DNA from: Mustelus asterias
Lineage: Eukaryota
DNA length: 64,000 nt
Reading direction: 5' to 3'
Assembly: GCF_964213995.1 (NCBI RefSeq)
Contig: NW_027590173.1
Coordinates: 682,001 to 746,000, forward strand
Part shown: piece after piece, positions 38,178 through 50,112 of the stretch
Layout of the letters: every line of letters begins with the position of its first letter
How positions within the stretch are numbered: position 1 is the stretch's first letter
The notes under the pieces: model-generated
Told to the model about the DNA's origin: nothing
Databases searched by the model: none
What the model saw: the letters and a program-made list of their open reading frames with translations, nothing else
Position numbers and translations under genes: made by a program

Positions 38178-38849
38178 AATTTTGTGAACTGTGAGGAGGG
38201 TAGTGTAAAACTTCAAAAAAGGATCTAGACAAGTTGACGGAATGAGTGGACAAGTTGTGTGCATAGCAAACTGGTTTGAGGCTTATAACAGAGAAGAGGA
38301 GCCGATGTAAATACCTGCCTGCATATTCCACGTAAATGTTTCAATTGAATCTGCCTCCGCCACACTCTCCGGCAGTGAATTCCACACATTAAGCACTCAC
38401 TGTGTGAAAAGTGTTTTCCTCGTGTTCCTATTCCTCCCTTTGCTCATGATGTTCAATCTGTTCTCTCTCATTCTTCATCATTCCATGAGTGGGAACAGTT
38501 TGTCCCTATTCACGCTGTCCAGACGTCTCATGACATTTAATACCTATAAGTGGAACCCCTGATGGGGTGGTAAGATTGTTAAACCAGTGGACATTAAGGC
38601 ACTGATAAAACTCGCATTCACTTAAATGACTTTTAAATACGTTTATGAACAAGAAGCAATGTGAGATGCAGTAATTGATTCAAATGAGTAATTATGATTG
38701 TAAAACACATATGCTGATATTTTGAATGGATTATTATTGACTTTGAGGAAGTTACCAGTTGGCAATAAACCAGTCCAGATGACACTTTGTCAAAGGGTCA
38801 TCTGGACTCGAAACATCAGCTCATTTCACTCCTTAAACTTTACCAGACC

Positions 38850-39310
38850 TGCCCAACCACCTTCAATGACCTTTGTACTTAGAAACTGAGATCCCTCTGT
38901 TCCTGACTTTCCTTAAGAGTTTCTCCCTTTATTTCTCCACACTCTCAAAATGAATCAACTCACACTTCTCTGCATTGAACTTCATCTAGTTAGGTGCATT
39001 GACCTGAACAGGCGCCGGAGTGTGGCGACTAGGGGAATTTCACAGTAACTTCATTACAGTGTTAATGTAAGCCTTACTTGTGACCAATAAACTTTACTTT
39101 AACTTTACTTTACTTTTACTTTATCTGCCACTCGTCTGCCCAGAGGACAGCAATGGAAGCATTCACTCAGCGTCTATACATTCTTCTGAACTCCAGGGTC
39201 TCTCAGCCTAATTCACTCAGCCTCTCATCATAGAACAACTTCCTCATTCTGGGGGGCAATCTAGTGAACCTGGTCTGTACCGCCTCCAACGCAAGTTCTA
39301 TTCTTTCTCA
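38850..39310 (+). repeat. Near-perfect direct duplicate of 37035-37495
   Basis: ~460 bp match with only a couple of substitutions. Confidence 0.95.
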
Positions 39311-39858
39311 GACCTGCAGAGATTTTCCAGCATTTTCTCTTTTGGTTTCAGATGACAGCATCCGCAGTAATTTGGTGTTATTTTAGAGTTGTACTATTGC
39401 ACCTCATTTAGAGTTGTAGGACTGAGAAACCTCGCTAATGAAATGGATTAGATACTTTGGAACTGTTTCCCTTTTACTTTTCATTGTCTCTCTATAATCT
39501 TCCTACCAGAATGGATCACTTCACAATTCTCAGCTTTGAATTTCATCTGGAACTTGTCCACTCATTCCGTCAACTTGTCTAGATCCTTTTTTGAAGTTTT
39601 ACACTACCCTCCTCACAGTTCACAATGCTTCCAAGTTTCACATTATCCACAAATTCTGAAATTGTGCCCTGTGCACCATTATCTCGGCCAGTAATATATC
39701 CTGGTGCATGTTCACAGTATCTACAGCTTGTGTGCATAGCAAACTGGTTTGAGGCTTATAACAGAGAAGAGGAGCCGATGCAAATACCTGCCTGCATATT
39801 CCACGTAAATGTTGCAGAATTGTAGTTAAGTGAGTTTGTTATCATTGTTGATAGGAAG

Positions 39859-39930
39859 TAGCAGAGAATGGTTTCAACCCATCGACCTCTGAGCTGTCGG
39901 CCCAGCACACTTCCGCTGCGCTACTCTGCT
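39859..39930 (-). pseudogene. Initiator tRNA-Met pseudogene (anticodon now GAC)
   Basis: AGCAGAGTAGCGCAGCGGAAG..GAGGTCGATGG..AAACCATTCTCTGCTA matches the iMet body; anticodon loop mutated. Confidence 0.85.
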
Positions 39931-41384
39931 ACAGCAAGCCAGCACTCATTGCCAACCCCTAGCGGAACTTAAGAAGATGGTAGTTCGCTGCTTTCATGAA
40001 CTGCTGCAGTCCCTTGGTGTCGGCACAGCCAGTGCTGTTAGTCTTTCAGGATTTTGCCAATGCGACAGTGAAGAAGCTATGATGTATTTCCAAGTCAGGA
40101 CGTTGAGTGGCTTGGAGAGGGGTGGGAGGGAAGAGGGGTGTTTGCAATGCTGGTACTCCCATGTATCTGCTGCCGCTATCCTTCGAGACGGTAGAGCTGG
40201 TGGCTTTGTGGGTGCAGCCTAAGAAGAGTAGATGAAGAAATATTGCTCCCATTGCCAGAGGAAATAAGGACGGTTTTTAATGCGTTGAGTGTTTAGGACC
40301 TGGAATGCGCTGCCTGAGAGGGTGGCAGAGGCAGCATCAAATCAGGGCTGTCAAAGGGGAATGGGATCAGCACCTGAAGTGAAAGGATTTACAGGGTTCT
40401 GAGACAAGGACTGGGAAAGGCATGAGCTGAGTTGTTCTTGCACAGACCAGCACACAGACAATGGGCCGAATGGTCTCCCTCTCTCTGTTGTATCCATTCT
40501 AAGATTCTTTGTATAGGAGTGTTGGACTCTTTCTGTATTGCTCTGTATCTGGTGTGACAAATGTGTGTGATATTCATTATAAATCTATTTGAGAGACTTC
40601 GAAAATCTGTACACATTCTACATGGAAGATACCTATTGAAACCGGGCCTTTTGTAGTAATTAGTACATGATTTCACACGATCCTCTACTCAAAATCTTCA
40701 ATGTAACATCATCTGCTTATCTCTGAAATTCATTCTCCATCGTCTCATTTCCGAGATTTCCCTTTAGTACATCGATGTTAGTCGACTCAACTGCTCCAGG
40801 TAATAGAAAACTCCAAGTTATACTGACTACATGGGAAAGTACATTAATATTGATTTCTCTCTGGGATTTAATACTGACATCCAATCATTAATTCCTGTTT
40901 GATCTGTCTCTGCAACAGCGACAGTTAATGTGCATTTTTCCGCTGTCCTGCGATTCTGTATTGCGGCCAGTGGATGTCAGCACACTCTGGTAGACTGAAG
41001 TTTTGACATCAGAGAGAGATACAACAGACAAGAATCGTTCACGTTATATTGAACCTGGACGGAGGAATTTAGAAATACTAAATCTGTTGGCCATATCATT
41101 TTGAAATCTACCAGTACGCTGCTTTCCTCTGTATTCGTCATTTAAATCCTGATACATCAGCAAGGCGAGGCTTTTTAAGTGAAAGTATTAGTGCCGGGAG
41201 GCAATTTATTTTGAACCAAGTGGCATTTTGAATCATTGTTGTTCAGCATAGTTAGAATTTCATTAAGCAACAGTTTAACTATTACTACAAATCTATTAAA
41301 GCATATATTACACAAAGTTTTACCTATTTCTGATTGGGGACGGTATATAGAGAGAAACTTGCTTTCCTTGATATATATTCCTGA

Positions 41385-41702
41385 CCTATCACTGGCTGTC
41401 TTGTCTGGAGACAATACACATCTTTTTAGCCTGTCTTGATGCTCTCTCCATTCACATTGTTTTGTTTCTTAAAGACTTGATTAGTTGTAAGTATTCGCAT
41501 TCCAACCATTATTCATGTAAATTGAGTCTGTGTCTTTATAAGCTCTGTTTGTGGACAGAGTTCCCACTCACCTGAAGAAGGGGCTTAGAGCTCCGAAAGC
41601 TTGTGTGGCTTTTGCTACCAAATAAACCTGTTGGACTTTAACCTGGTGTTGTTAAACTTCTTACTGTGTTTACCCCAGTCCAACGCCGGCATCTCCACAT
41701 CA
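41385..41702 (+). mobile_element. Penelope-like 3' terminal repeat with hammerhead motif
   Basis: CTGAAGA-AGGGGC-TTAGA-GCTCC-GAAAGCTT at 41572-41602, then AATAAACCTGTTGGAC..CATCTCCACATCA. Confidence 0.7.
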
Positions 41703-42179
41703 TGACTATATCTGGGTGGACAGGTTTCAATCTCAAAATTTGCCAGTGGTGCAAAACTTGAAAATATTATGAACTTTAGTGAGGAGGATATTGATAATCT
41801 TCAAGAATATATAGACAAGCTGGTGGAATGAGTAGACACGTGACAGATGCATTTTAATTAATGTAAGGAAGTGTGAAGTGATACATTTTGGTCCGAAGAT
41901 CGAGGAGAGCTGAAATAAAATAAAGGGTTCACCTTTACCCTTCCTAATCCCTGTTGCACCTTTACCCTGCGAAGATTCCAGTCTATTCACCCATCCCAGA
42001 ACCCATTCAATATCCAGCCTGCAGTCTGCATTGCACCTTCTACTTGTACAGTGATCATTAAACATTTAGCACTCCCACTTTCTTATGTACCTTCACCTTG
42101 CAATGTCTCCCTGCTCCGTCTCACAAGCCAGTCAACGTCTCACCTCCACTTTGTCCATTGCCCATGGTAGGCTTATCCT

Positions 42180-42333
42180 GATGTCGAGATGTCGGCGTTG
42201 GACTAGGATAAACACAGTAAGAAGTCTCACAACACCAGGTTAAAGTCCAACAGGTTTATTTGGTAGCACAAGCCACCAGCTTTCGGAGCGCTGCCCCTTC
42301 ATCAGTTAAGTGGGAGTTCTGTTCACAAACAGG
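42180..42333 (-). mobile_element. Penelope-like terminal repeat with hammerhead motif
   Basis: Minus strand CTGATGA-AGGGGC-AGC-GCTCC-GAAAGCT at 42277-42305. Confidence 0.7.
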
Positions 42334-43276
42334 GTTATCTTGCCCAGTCCCCATTGTGTTTCACTTTGTTCAGTTGTATTGCCCAGATTGCAGACTGTTC
42401 CAACTTTTCTATTCTCCATTAATAATACATGAATAAATAGAACGATCCCTTGATTAAACACTGTCACCTTTCAATGTTTAGCGGGTGAGTTTCATGACGT
42501 GCTGTGTGTGATTTCCGCCTTCATGCTCCGGTACAAATTTAGTCAAAGGAAAGTTATCCAAATGTATCTTCAATTCCCCTTCTCATTCACAAAGAACTGA
42601 GCGGGTGATGGATATAGTTTCAATAGTCGCTTTAAAAGATAGAGAATGGATTTACAAATTTAAAATCCAAGGGTGACGTCAATGCCTGAAGTGGTTTTCA
42701 GGCTGTGGCGACTAGAATAACAATGCAGATGATCAATCTGAATTGTTCAAAATCATAGAATGGAGCATCCATTGTGGATGAAAGGAAACTTTAAACTGTG
42801 CAGCTGTGCTGTGCTTCAGAATCTTGTTTTACAGAAATCTCCATTAATCAAAAGTTGTGCCTCAGCTACTGAGCATTTCCAGCATTTTCTGTTTGTGTTT
42901 CAGATTTCCAGATTCCAGCTTTGTGTTGTGTTCTGTGCAGGTGTTTAACTGGAGCAGGGAACGGGTTCTGATCAGCCCTGTGACAGATAGAGTAGAATGT
43001 GTCTCCCGACTATCAAGCCTGCGAGATTTGACTCCAAGCTGTACAGGAGAATAAGAAAGGGAGAGAGGGAGGATCATTCTGTGATGGACAGATTTCCTGT
43101 ATAGAGGACAAAAGCAGCTGCTTCAACAGACACAACATATCTCAACATGACTTGCAATCAATAAAGTCGCTCTTAACAGTCCTTGACATTTGAACTATGA
43201 GATTGTTGAACTTACCAATAGTTTCCACATTGTCAAAAATCCATATATGGACAAGTAAAGTGAACTTCCAGCACAC

Positions 43277-43367
43277 GGCTCTGTGACTCAATGGATAGCA
43301 CTTTGGACCTCGAAATAATGGCAAGTCAGCCATTCAAAGGTTGTGGGATTGAGAGCCAACAGAGTCG
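43277..43367 (+). pseudogene. Intron-type tRNA-Arg(TCT)-family pseudogene
   Basis: GGCTCTGTG..CAATGGATAGC..TTGGAC[..]ATTCAAAGGTTGTGGG..CAGAGTCG; T loop degraded, ~18-nt intron. Confidence 0.8.
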
Positions 43368-44345
43368 GATTTTGGATCAGGTTAGTCGCAAACAGTTTGC
43401 TGCTTCATTGATGTGATTCAGCTTCGGCACCGACATTTCCTGCTCTGTCATCTCTCCATGCTGCTTCTGTTTACTCGGCTCCCAGGGAAACCACTGACTC
43501 GAAAATAAATCGCAAGTCCCAAGGCCTTTCTTAAAGCTCGACACAACATTCGCTGGTTGGGTTAGAAATAGTAACATGTTTTTCAATTAGATATTTCGCT
43601 TCTTTTGGAAGATAAAGTTTTTAAAGTACCCACAGACACAACAACAACTTATAAATAACTACAATCAATAAATAAATATCAGTGCCCTGCAACCTGGTGG
43701 TGTTATTCTGATGTGTCTGCTGCGCTTGTCCTTCTAGGCTGTAGTGGTCGTGGGTTTGGAAGGTGTTGGCAAATGAGTCTTGCTGTGTTGCTGCAGTGCA
43801 TCTTGCCTATGGTGCACACTGCTGCCATTGTGTGTCGGTTGTGGAGGGAGTGAATTTTTATGCATGGGAAGCGAATGAAGTGGGATGCTTTGTCCTGGAT
43901 GGTGCCAAGCTTTTGCAGTGCTGTTCAACCTGCAGTCACCCAGGCAAGTAATCTCAGCAAACCAGATGCTCCGGTTTCCTCCCACAGTCCAAAGGTGAGC
44001 AGGTTGGGTGGATTGGTCATGCTAGATTGCCCCTTGGTCCCCAAGGTGTTCGTATTCGCAGAGTGGGTGTGTGGTGCAGCAGGGATAGGTCCTGTGTGCG
44101 ATTCTCTGTCGGAGAGTCGGGACAGACTCGATGGGCAGAATGGTCTCCTTCAGCACTGTCGGAATTGTACGATTCTAAGGCCATTTGACTGTGTTAGAAA
44201 TTCCGTGAGAAAAAAATGGAAAACTGTGTTTGTAGAATTTACAGCATTGGGTTTATTGCAGATTAAATGTTTTTTGCTGCAAGATGATAAAAATACTTCG
44301 ATATTGTAACTTGCGCTGTTGCAAACATCACTGGAAAGGTATACA

Positions 44346-44422
44346 AGGCTCTGCTGGGATTTGAACCAAGGATCTACTCTTTTTAAGAGGCAGGCACTTT
44401 TAACCAACTAAGTCACAGAGCC
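44346..44422 (-). pseudogene. tRNA-Thr pseudogene
   Basis: GGCTCTGTGACTTAGTTGGTTAAA..AGATCC..GGTTCAAATCCCAGCAGAGCCT; anticodon arm disrupted. Confidence 0.8.
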
Positions 44423-45272
44423 TGATACTGCTGCTCCTGCCACAGCGGAATACTGCAAATACGTGCCAGACCTGGTGGTATTTGTGAAAAAAGAGATATT
44501 ACCAGATCTGGAACGTATCTGTGAAAATAGAGATAGTTCACACTTCAGATGCAGACCTTTCACGGGAATGACCGGTTCTCTCTCCACAGATGCTGTGAGA
44601 TCTCTGATAGACTCATGAAAGAAAAATAATTGAATTCCACAGTGGCCCATCGAGACTGCACCGATTTCCCCGGAAACCTTTCAAATCCGCCTTTCCCCGA
44701 CACCCGCCCACCAGGGTCTCAGGGGAAGTGTTCCTCAGAAATTCACAAAAGCAAGCACATCAGAGGGAATCACACACATCACTCTTCCACTCAACATTGA
44801 GCGGTTTATCGTGAGCTGGTTCCACTGACTGTTTTCAGGCGCGCATCTGGTATAAAATTAGCCGTGTTCAGGATGTGATTCACACACACAGTTTTCTGCT
44901 CTGAAGGCAGATGTGCTCCTTCTGTGGCACGAGGTGATTTTTAAAAAAATACTTCATTCATACGGGATATGTGTGCTGCTGGCCCGGGAAGCATTTATTC
45001 TCAAAATTAATTATCTTTGAGCAATTGGTGATGAATTCAGTCTTGAGCCACTGCGGTCCATGTGTTGTATGTGCACATACACTCCTGTTAGGGAGGGAGT
45101 TCCAGGATTGTGAGCCAGCCATGGGAACGGCGATATGTTTCCAAGCCAGGATGATGTGCGTCTCGGAGTGGAACTTCCAGGTGGTTGTTGTTTCTCAGCA
45201 TCTGCTGCTCTTGTGCTGCCAGGTGAGAGATTTCTTGGGTTTGGATGGTGCCTCGTGAAGGAAAGAAATCAC

Positions 45273-45355
45273 TGTTAGAAGTGGGATTAGAGCTCACACC
45301 ACCAGGGAAGACTGTAACCTATACGCAGCACCTTCGATCGATCGACCAACCTGAC
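45273..45355 (-). pseudogene. tRNA-Leu(CAG) pseudogene
   Basis: GTCAGG..AAGGTGCTGCGT..CAGTCTTCCCTGG..AATCCCACTTCTAACA, heavily substituted. Confidence 0.75.
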
Positions 45356-46215
45356 TACATTGGCAAAAGTGTAAAATCTCTGCACAAATTGAAAACTCGA
45401 TGTGTTTTTTCCATTTTTGAACCCCAGCCAGAGGCCTGTAACTGAGTCCCATCCTTCCCCAGGCCGCCGGGGGGTGAGGAGCTTCTCATTGCTGCATTGC
45501 TCTGTTTGCTCAAATCAACAAAGACCCAATCCCCGCCCCACCTGTTCCTTACACTGAGCTGTTGAGATTGTAAGATCTGAACAACGTGAAGTATCCAATT
45601 GTAGAGTTACATCCTGGTGACAGGAATATCTCTCCACGGCTGTTTTCGGAGCCGCTGAATATTTCCAGCATTTCCTCTTTCTGATTTTGTGCCATTATTA
45701 CAGGAGTTCATTTACTGACAACCCAAAACTTGTCTCTTGGACGCAGCACATAACACAGGTTTTCTGTGATCTTCACACAGACAAGTTCACTCTTCACTTT
45801 CCAACACACATGCTTTAAAATCGGCTGTTTCACACTCAGCATCTTTTGGCATTGCCTTCAAATCTCACCCCACCCTCCACCCGCCCACCAGAGTGTCAGA
45901 GGTACAAGTGCTTCTTAGGAATTCACAAACGTAAGGGAATCACAGTGTTTATAAGGGAATATAAAGGGTTAATCCACACTCACAAACAGACTGATTATGT
46001 GAGAACCTCTCTCTCACATAGACACACACACAGACACGCACAAATTGAAAACTCGATGTGTTTTTTCCATTTTTGAACCCCAGCCAGAGGCCTGTATCTG
46101 AGTCCCATCCTTCCCCAGGCCGCCGGGGGGTGAGGAGCTTCTCATTGCTGCATTGCTCTGTTTGCTCAAATCAACAAAGACCCAATCCCCGCCCTATCTG
46201 TTCTTTACACATCAC

Positions 46216-46435
46216 CACCACCACGGCAAATGGTGAAATTTAATAAAAATAAAATTCAATAAAAACATCTTACCTGGTCTGGACCTAAATGTGTCCCCCG
46301 ACCCACAGCAACTTTGGTGACTCTAAGCTGCCCTCGGCGGTGACTTATCAAGCCGCTCAGTTCAAGGGCAATTTGGCATGGGCAATAATTGCGGGCCCAG
46401 CCAGCGACACCCACATCCCAGGAATGAATAAACAA
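46216..46435 (+). mobile_element. Deu-domain SINE fragment
   Basis: CCACGGCAAATGGTGAAATT..CTTACCTGGTCTGG..CACCCACATCCC..GAATAAA. Confidence 0.65.
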
Positions 46436-46646
46436 AATAAATCGGTGATTCAAAATGAGGGGATACAGAAAGTTAGTTGCAGTACCAAAGGTTGACAGAT
46501 ACAGAATTAATTTACAAACTATGTTTCAGTTCCGGAAGCTGACATCAGAACAAGTCACTTGTACTCGCACAGTTTAACTGATAAAATCAGAAAGATCCCA
46601 ATGCTCACTGAGCAGCAGATAATGCAAAACACAGTCTGAATACAGA

Positions 46647-47123
46647 CAGATGCACCAGAAAAAGCATTCCTTCTGGTTGCCTCACAGCTTGGTCTGGCTC
46701 CTGCTCTGTCCAAGACCGCAAAAAATCTACAAAGTGTCGTAAACAAAGCCAGTTCATCACGCAAGCCAGCCTCCCATCCATTGACACTTCCCACTGCCTT
46801 GGAAAAGCAGCCAGTTTAATCAAGCAGCGACACATGCTGGACATATTCTCTTCCACCGGCTTCCGTCGAGAAAAAGGTACAAAAGTCTGAGGACAGGCAC
46901 TAACCAACTAAAGAACAGCTTCTTCCCTGCTGCCATCAGAATTTTGATTGGACATATCTCGTATTAATTTGATTTTTCTCTACAAGTTGCTATGACTGTA
47001 ACACTACATTGTGCACTCTCTCCTTTCCTTCTCTATGTGTGGTATGCTTCGTCTGCATAGCATGTAAGAAACAATACTTTTCACTGTGTACTAATGCAGG
47101 TGACAATAATAAATCAAATCAAA
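46647..47123 (+). mobile_element. Rex1/Babar-like LINE 3' portion
   Basis: Homologous to the reverse complement of 25830-26320; AATAATAAATCAAATCAAAT tail. Confidence 0.8.
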
Positions 47124-47445
47124 TGTAATCAAAGAATATAACACAGATATAAAGGTAAAGTCGCTGTAGTCGCAAATGACCAGAGGCTGCTCATCCTCTC
47201 AAAGGGGAGAGCTTACTGGTGGTGATTTAACCTAAGGATTACCACACCTCAGGCGAGGGGCAAGATTGAGAATATCTAATGTGCTATCTAATAGCACATC
47301 TGCATTTTCTTTGCAATAAATTTGCATCAACGTCTTGATTTAGTTTTTAAATCCGAGGATGCTGTGCGGTTCTCACAGGCTGTCGTCATCTTCAATGATT
47401 TAAACACATGTTCACACATTTCCCGCTGTTCCTGCACCCACTTTT

Positions 47446-47794
47446 CATAGAAATCATAGAAATCATAGAAACCCTACAGTGCAGAAGGAGGCCATTCGGC
47501 CCATCGAGTCTGCACCGACCACAATCCCACCCAGGTCCTCCCCCCACATATTTACCCACTAATCCCTCTAACCTACGCATCTCAGGACTCTAAGGGGCAA
47601 TTTTTAACCTGGCCAATGAACCTAACCCGCACATCTTTGGACTGTGGGAGGAAAGCGGAGCACCCGGAGGAAACCCACGCAGACACGAGGAGAATGTGCA
47701 AACTCCACACAGACAGTGACCCGAGCCGGGAATCGAACCCGGGACCCTGGAGCTGTGAAGCAGCAGTGCTAACCACTGTGCTACCGTGCCGCCC
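47446..47794 (-). mobile_element. HE1-type V-SINE, full length and young
   Basis: Complete head, V domain and (CTATGATTT)n tail. Confidence 0.92.
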
Positions 47795-48132
47795 CTTTTA
47801 TTTATTTATTTTTTTAAAAAAAATTTATTTTTTTAAAAGACAGCGTTTTGGCATTATACGCTGTATTTTATATTGACACGACGGTCTTCCCACCAAAACG
47901 AGTCACCTCATTCTCCATCTGCCACATGCCATCCCATTCCACCAAGCTGTCTGTGTCCTTTTGAAGTTTTTTTCTGTAACTCTTTTCACAACCACAGGAC
48001 GCCCCAAAATATTTCACTGACAACAAAGTATTTTTGAAATATAATCACTGTCCCAATGCTGAACTTTTGATGTGTCTGTTCGACAACGTCAGAAATTCCC
48101 ATATGGAGATGGGAAATAACTGATGTAGATGT

Positions 48133-48185
48133 GGCTCTGTGACCCAACGGATAGCGTGTTATTGTCTGGTGAGACATTCAACGGT
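48133..48185 (+). pseudogene. tRNA-Arg(TCT)-family fragment
   Basis: GGCTCTGTGACCCAACGGATAGCG..CATTCAACGGT resembles 43277. Confidence 0.5.
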
Positions 48186-48230
48186 AAAGCTTGAAGGAAT
48201 CAGCTATTAATAAGCTGGTAAGTGGCTACA

Positions 48231-48313
48231 GCTGCGATGGCCGAGTGGTTAAGGCGTTGGACTTGAAATCCAATGGGGGTTTTCCCGCGCAGGTTCGAAC
48301 CCTGCTCGCAGCG
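48231..48313 (+). tRNA. tRNA-Ser(TGA), intact
   Basis: Paired acceptor GCTGCGA/TCGCAGC, anticodon arm TTGGA-CTTGAAA-TCCAA, GGTTCGAACCC. Confidence 0.93.
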
Positions 48314-48339
48314 CGTGTGTTTATTCTCTTTCGTCATTT

Positions 48340-48965
48340 CTTGAAAACTGGTTGCCATTCTGATTGGATTTCGTGAAGGTATCGACAAAATATTGGGTGA
48401 AGTGATGGTAAAGAAGACAATAAGAATATCTGTTTGATTTTTGAACTTTGGGAGCGGATCGTGGCTCTGGGAGGTGTAGGGGGTGAGGACATAGGTGCGG
48501 GAGATGAATAGGACACGGTTGACCGCCCAGTCAAACACCGAGGGAGCGGGTGGAGGCATCCTGGATTCAGGAAGTTGGAGTCCATGTCAGAAGCGCCGTT
48601 TTGGAAAGAGGCATCAGGGAAACAGTTGCGACTGAGGTGAAGAAACTAGGAGAATGGGAATGGGGATGGGGTCCTTACAGGGAGCGGGGTTTCAGGATCT
48701 GTACTCGACGTGTGAGTCGGTGGGGTTTTAATTACTGGCGGTCAGTCTATCTAGAATTGGAGACAGAGAGGTCAAGGAAGGTTAGAGAAGTGTCGGAGAT
48801 GGACCTTGTGAAGGAGCGAGATTGGAAATTGGAACCAAATAGTTATTTTTGTTCCAGCTGTAGACGAGGGCAGGAAGCGGCACCGATACAGTCGAAGATG
48901 TAACAGAAAAATAGGGGCGGGAAAGGGTCCTGAACAGGACTGGAACAACGGAGATTCCATATACT
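48340..48965 (-). mobile_element. Degenerate Penelope-like RT C-terminal fragment
   Basis: Antisense remnants resembling YIDD..KPTD..IPFS..LR; frameshifted. Confidence 0.5.
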
Positions 48966-48973
48966 CCATCAAA

Positions 48974-49057
48974 GTGCCTGTAGCCGAACGGATGAGGTGT
49001 CTAATTTCTAGTGCTTTCAGTGCTGCTACCTGAAAATTACAGGTTCCAGCCCGGTCG
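48974..49057 (+). pseudogene. Degenerate paralog of the intron-containing tRNA-Arg at 60938
   Basis: Collinear with 60938-61026 including the insert, and shares the 3' flank CGGTCGCTT..CAGAAATCTGG. Confidence 0.65.
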
Positions 49058-49584
49058 CTTTATACAGAAATCTGGTGGAACCTCCTGAAAACCGAGCTCT
49101 CGCCCGTTAACTGCAATCCACCGTTCCTTCCAAACATTGCAAGGAGCTTTCTCAGATTACTTTCCTTGTAACTTTGTTCATTTAATTCTCACTCATTTTA
49201 GTATTTTTAAATTCGAACTGTTCCACAATATCTGTTTGATCTGGACAAATTATTGATGTTCCCAACGAGAACAAAATGCTTTGTATCAATCGGCTGATTG
49301 AAATTCTGTGGAGGGAATTTTAATCTCCTCAGGAAGAGGTTTAATAATGAGCTGAATGAACTGTTTCCGTTAACAGGCGTGAAAGGTTATGTCATTGGGC
49401 ACTAATATTTGGGGATAGGGAGTAAATCCCACCACGGCAGCTGGTGAAATTAAATTCACTGATTTAATGCATAGAAATATGGATAGAAAACAGAAACAGG
49501 AGTGGACCATTCAGTCTAAATATATCTGGAATTGAAAGCAAGTCTCTGTAATGGCGGCCTTGAAATTCCCGTCGATTGCTTTCC

Positions 49585-49822
49585 CACAGAAAACATCTTC
49601 ACAAAACAACAGAGAACATTTCACACAACAGGAAACACCTTTACAGAACAGAGAAAACTTCTGCTTAAGACTGATCATATTTACACAACTGGGAACACAT
49701 TTACACAACAGGGAAGAATTTGACAAGAACCACAGTGAAGATCTGTCAACGGCAGAGTCCCAGTTCCACAACAGAGAGAACAGTTCCACAGCAGAGAGAA
49801 CAGTCACAGGAAATACATTTCA
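49585..49822. repeat. Degenerate ~20-bp minisatellite (ACAACAGGGAACACATTTAC-like)
   Basis: Recurring ACAACAG/AGAAC..TTTAC units. Confidence 0.65.
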
Positions 49823-49824
49823 AA

Positions 49825-50110
49825 TGGGCGGCACGGTAGCACAGTGGTTAGCACTGCTGCTTCACAGCTCCAGGGTCCCGGGTTCGATTCCCGGCTCGGG
49901 TCACTGTCTGTGTGCAGTTTGCACATTCTCCTCGTGTCTGCGTGGGTTTCTTCCGGGTGCTCCGGTTTCCTCCCACAGTCAAAAAGATTAGTTTGATTGG
50001 CCAGGTTAAAAATTGCCCCTTATTGTCCTGAAGTGTAGATTAGCGGGTAAATATGTGGGACTGTGGTCGGTGTAGACGTGATGGGCCGAATGGCTTCCTT
50101 CTGCCCTCTA
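49825..50110 (+). mobile_element. HE1-type V-SINE
   Basis: GGGCGGCACGGTAGCACAGTGG head through a near-complete tail. Confidence 0.88.
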
Positions 50111-50112
50111 TA

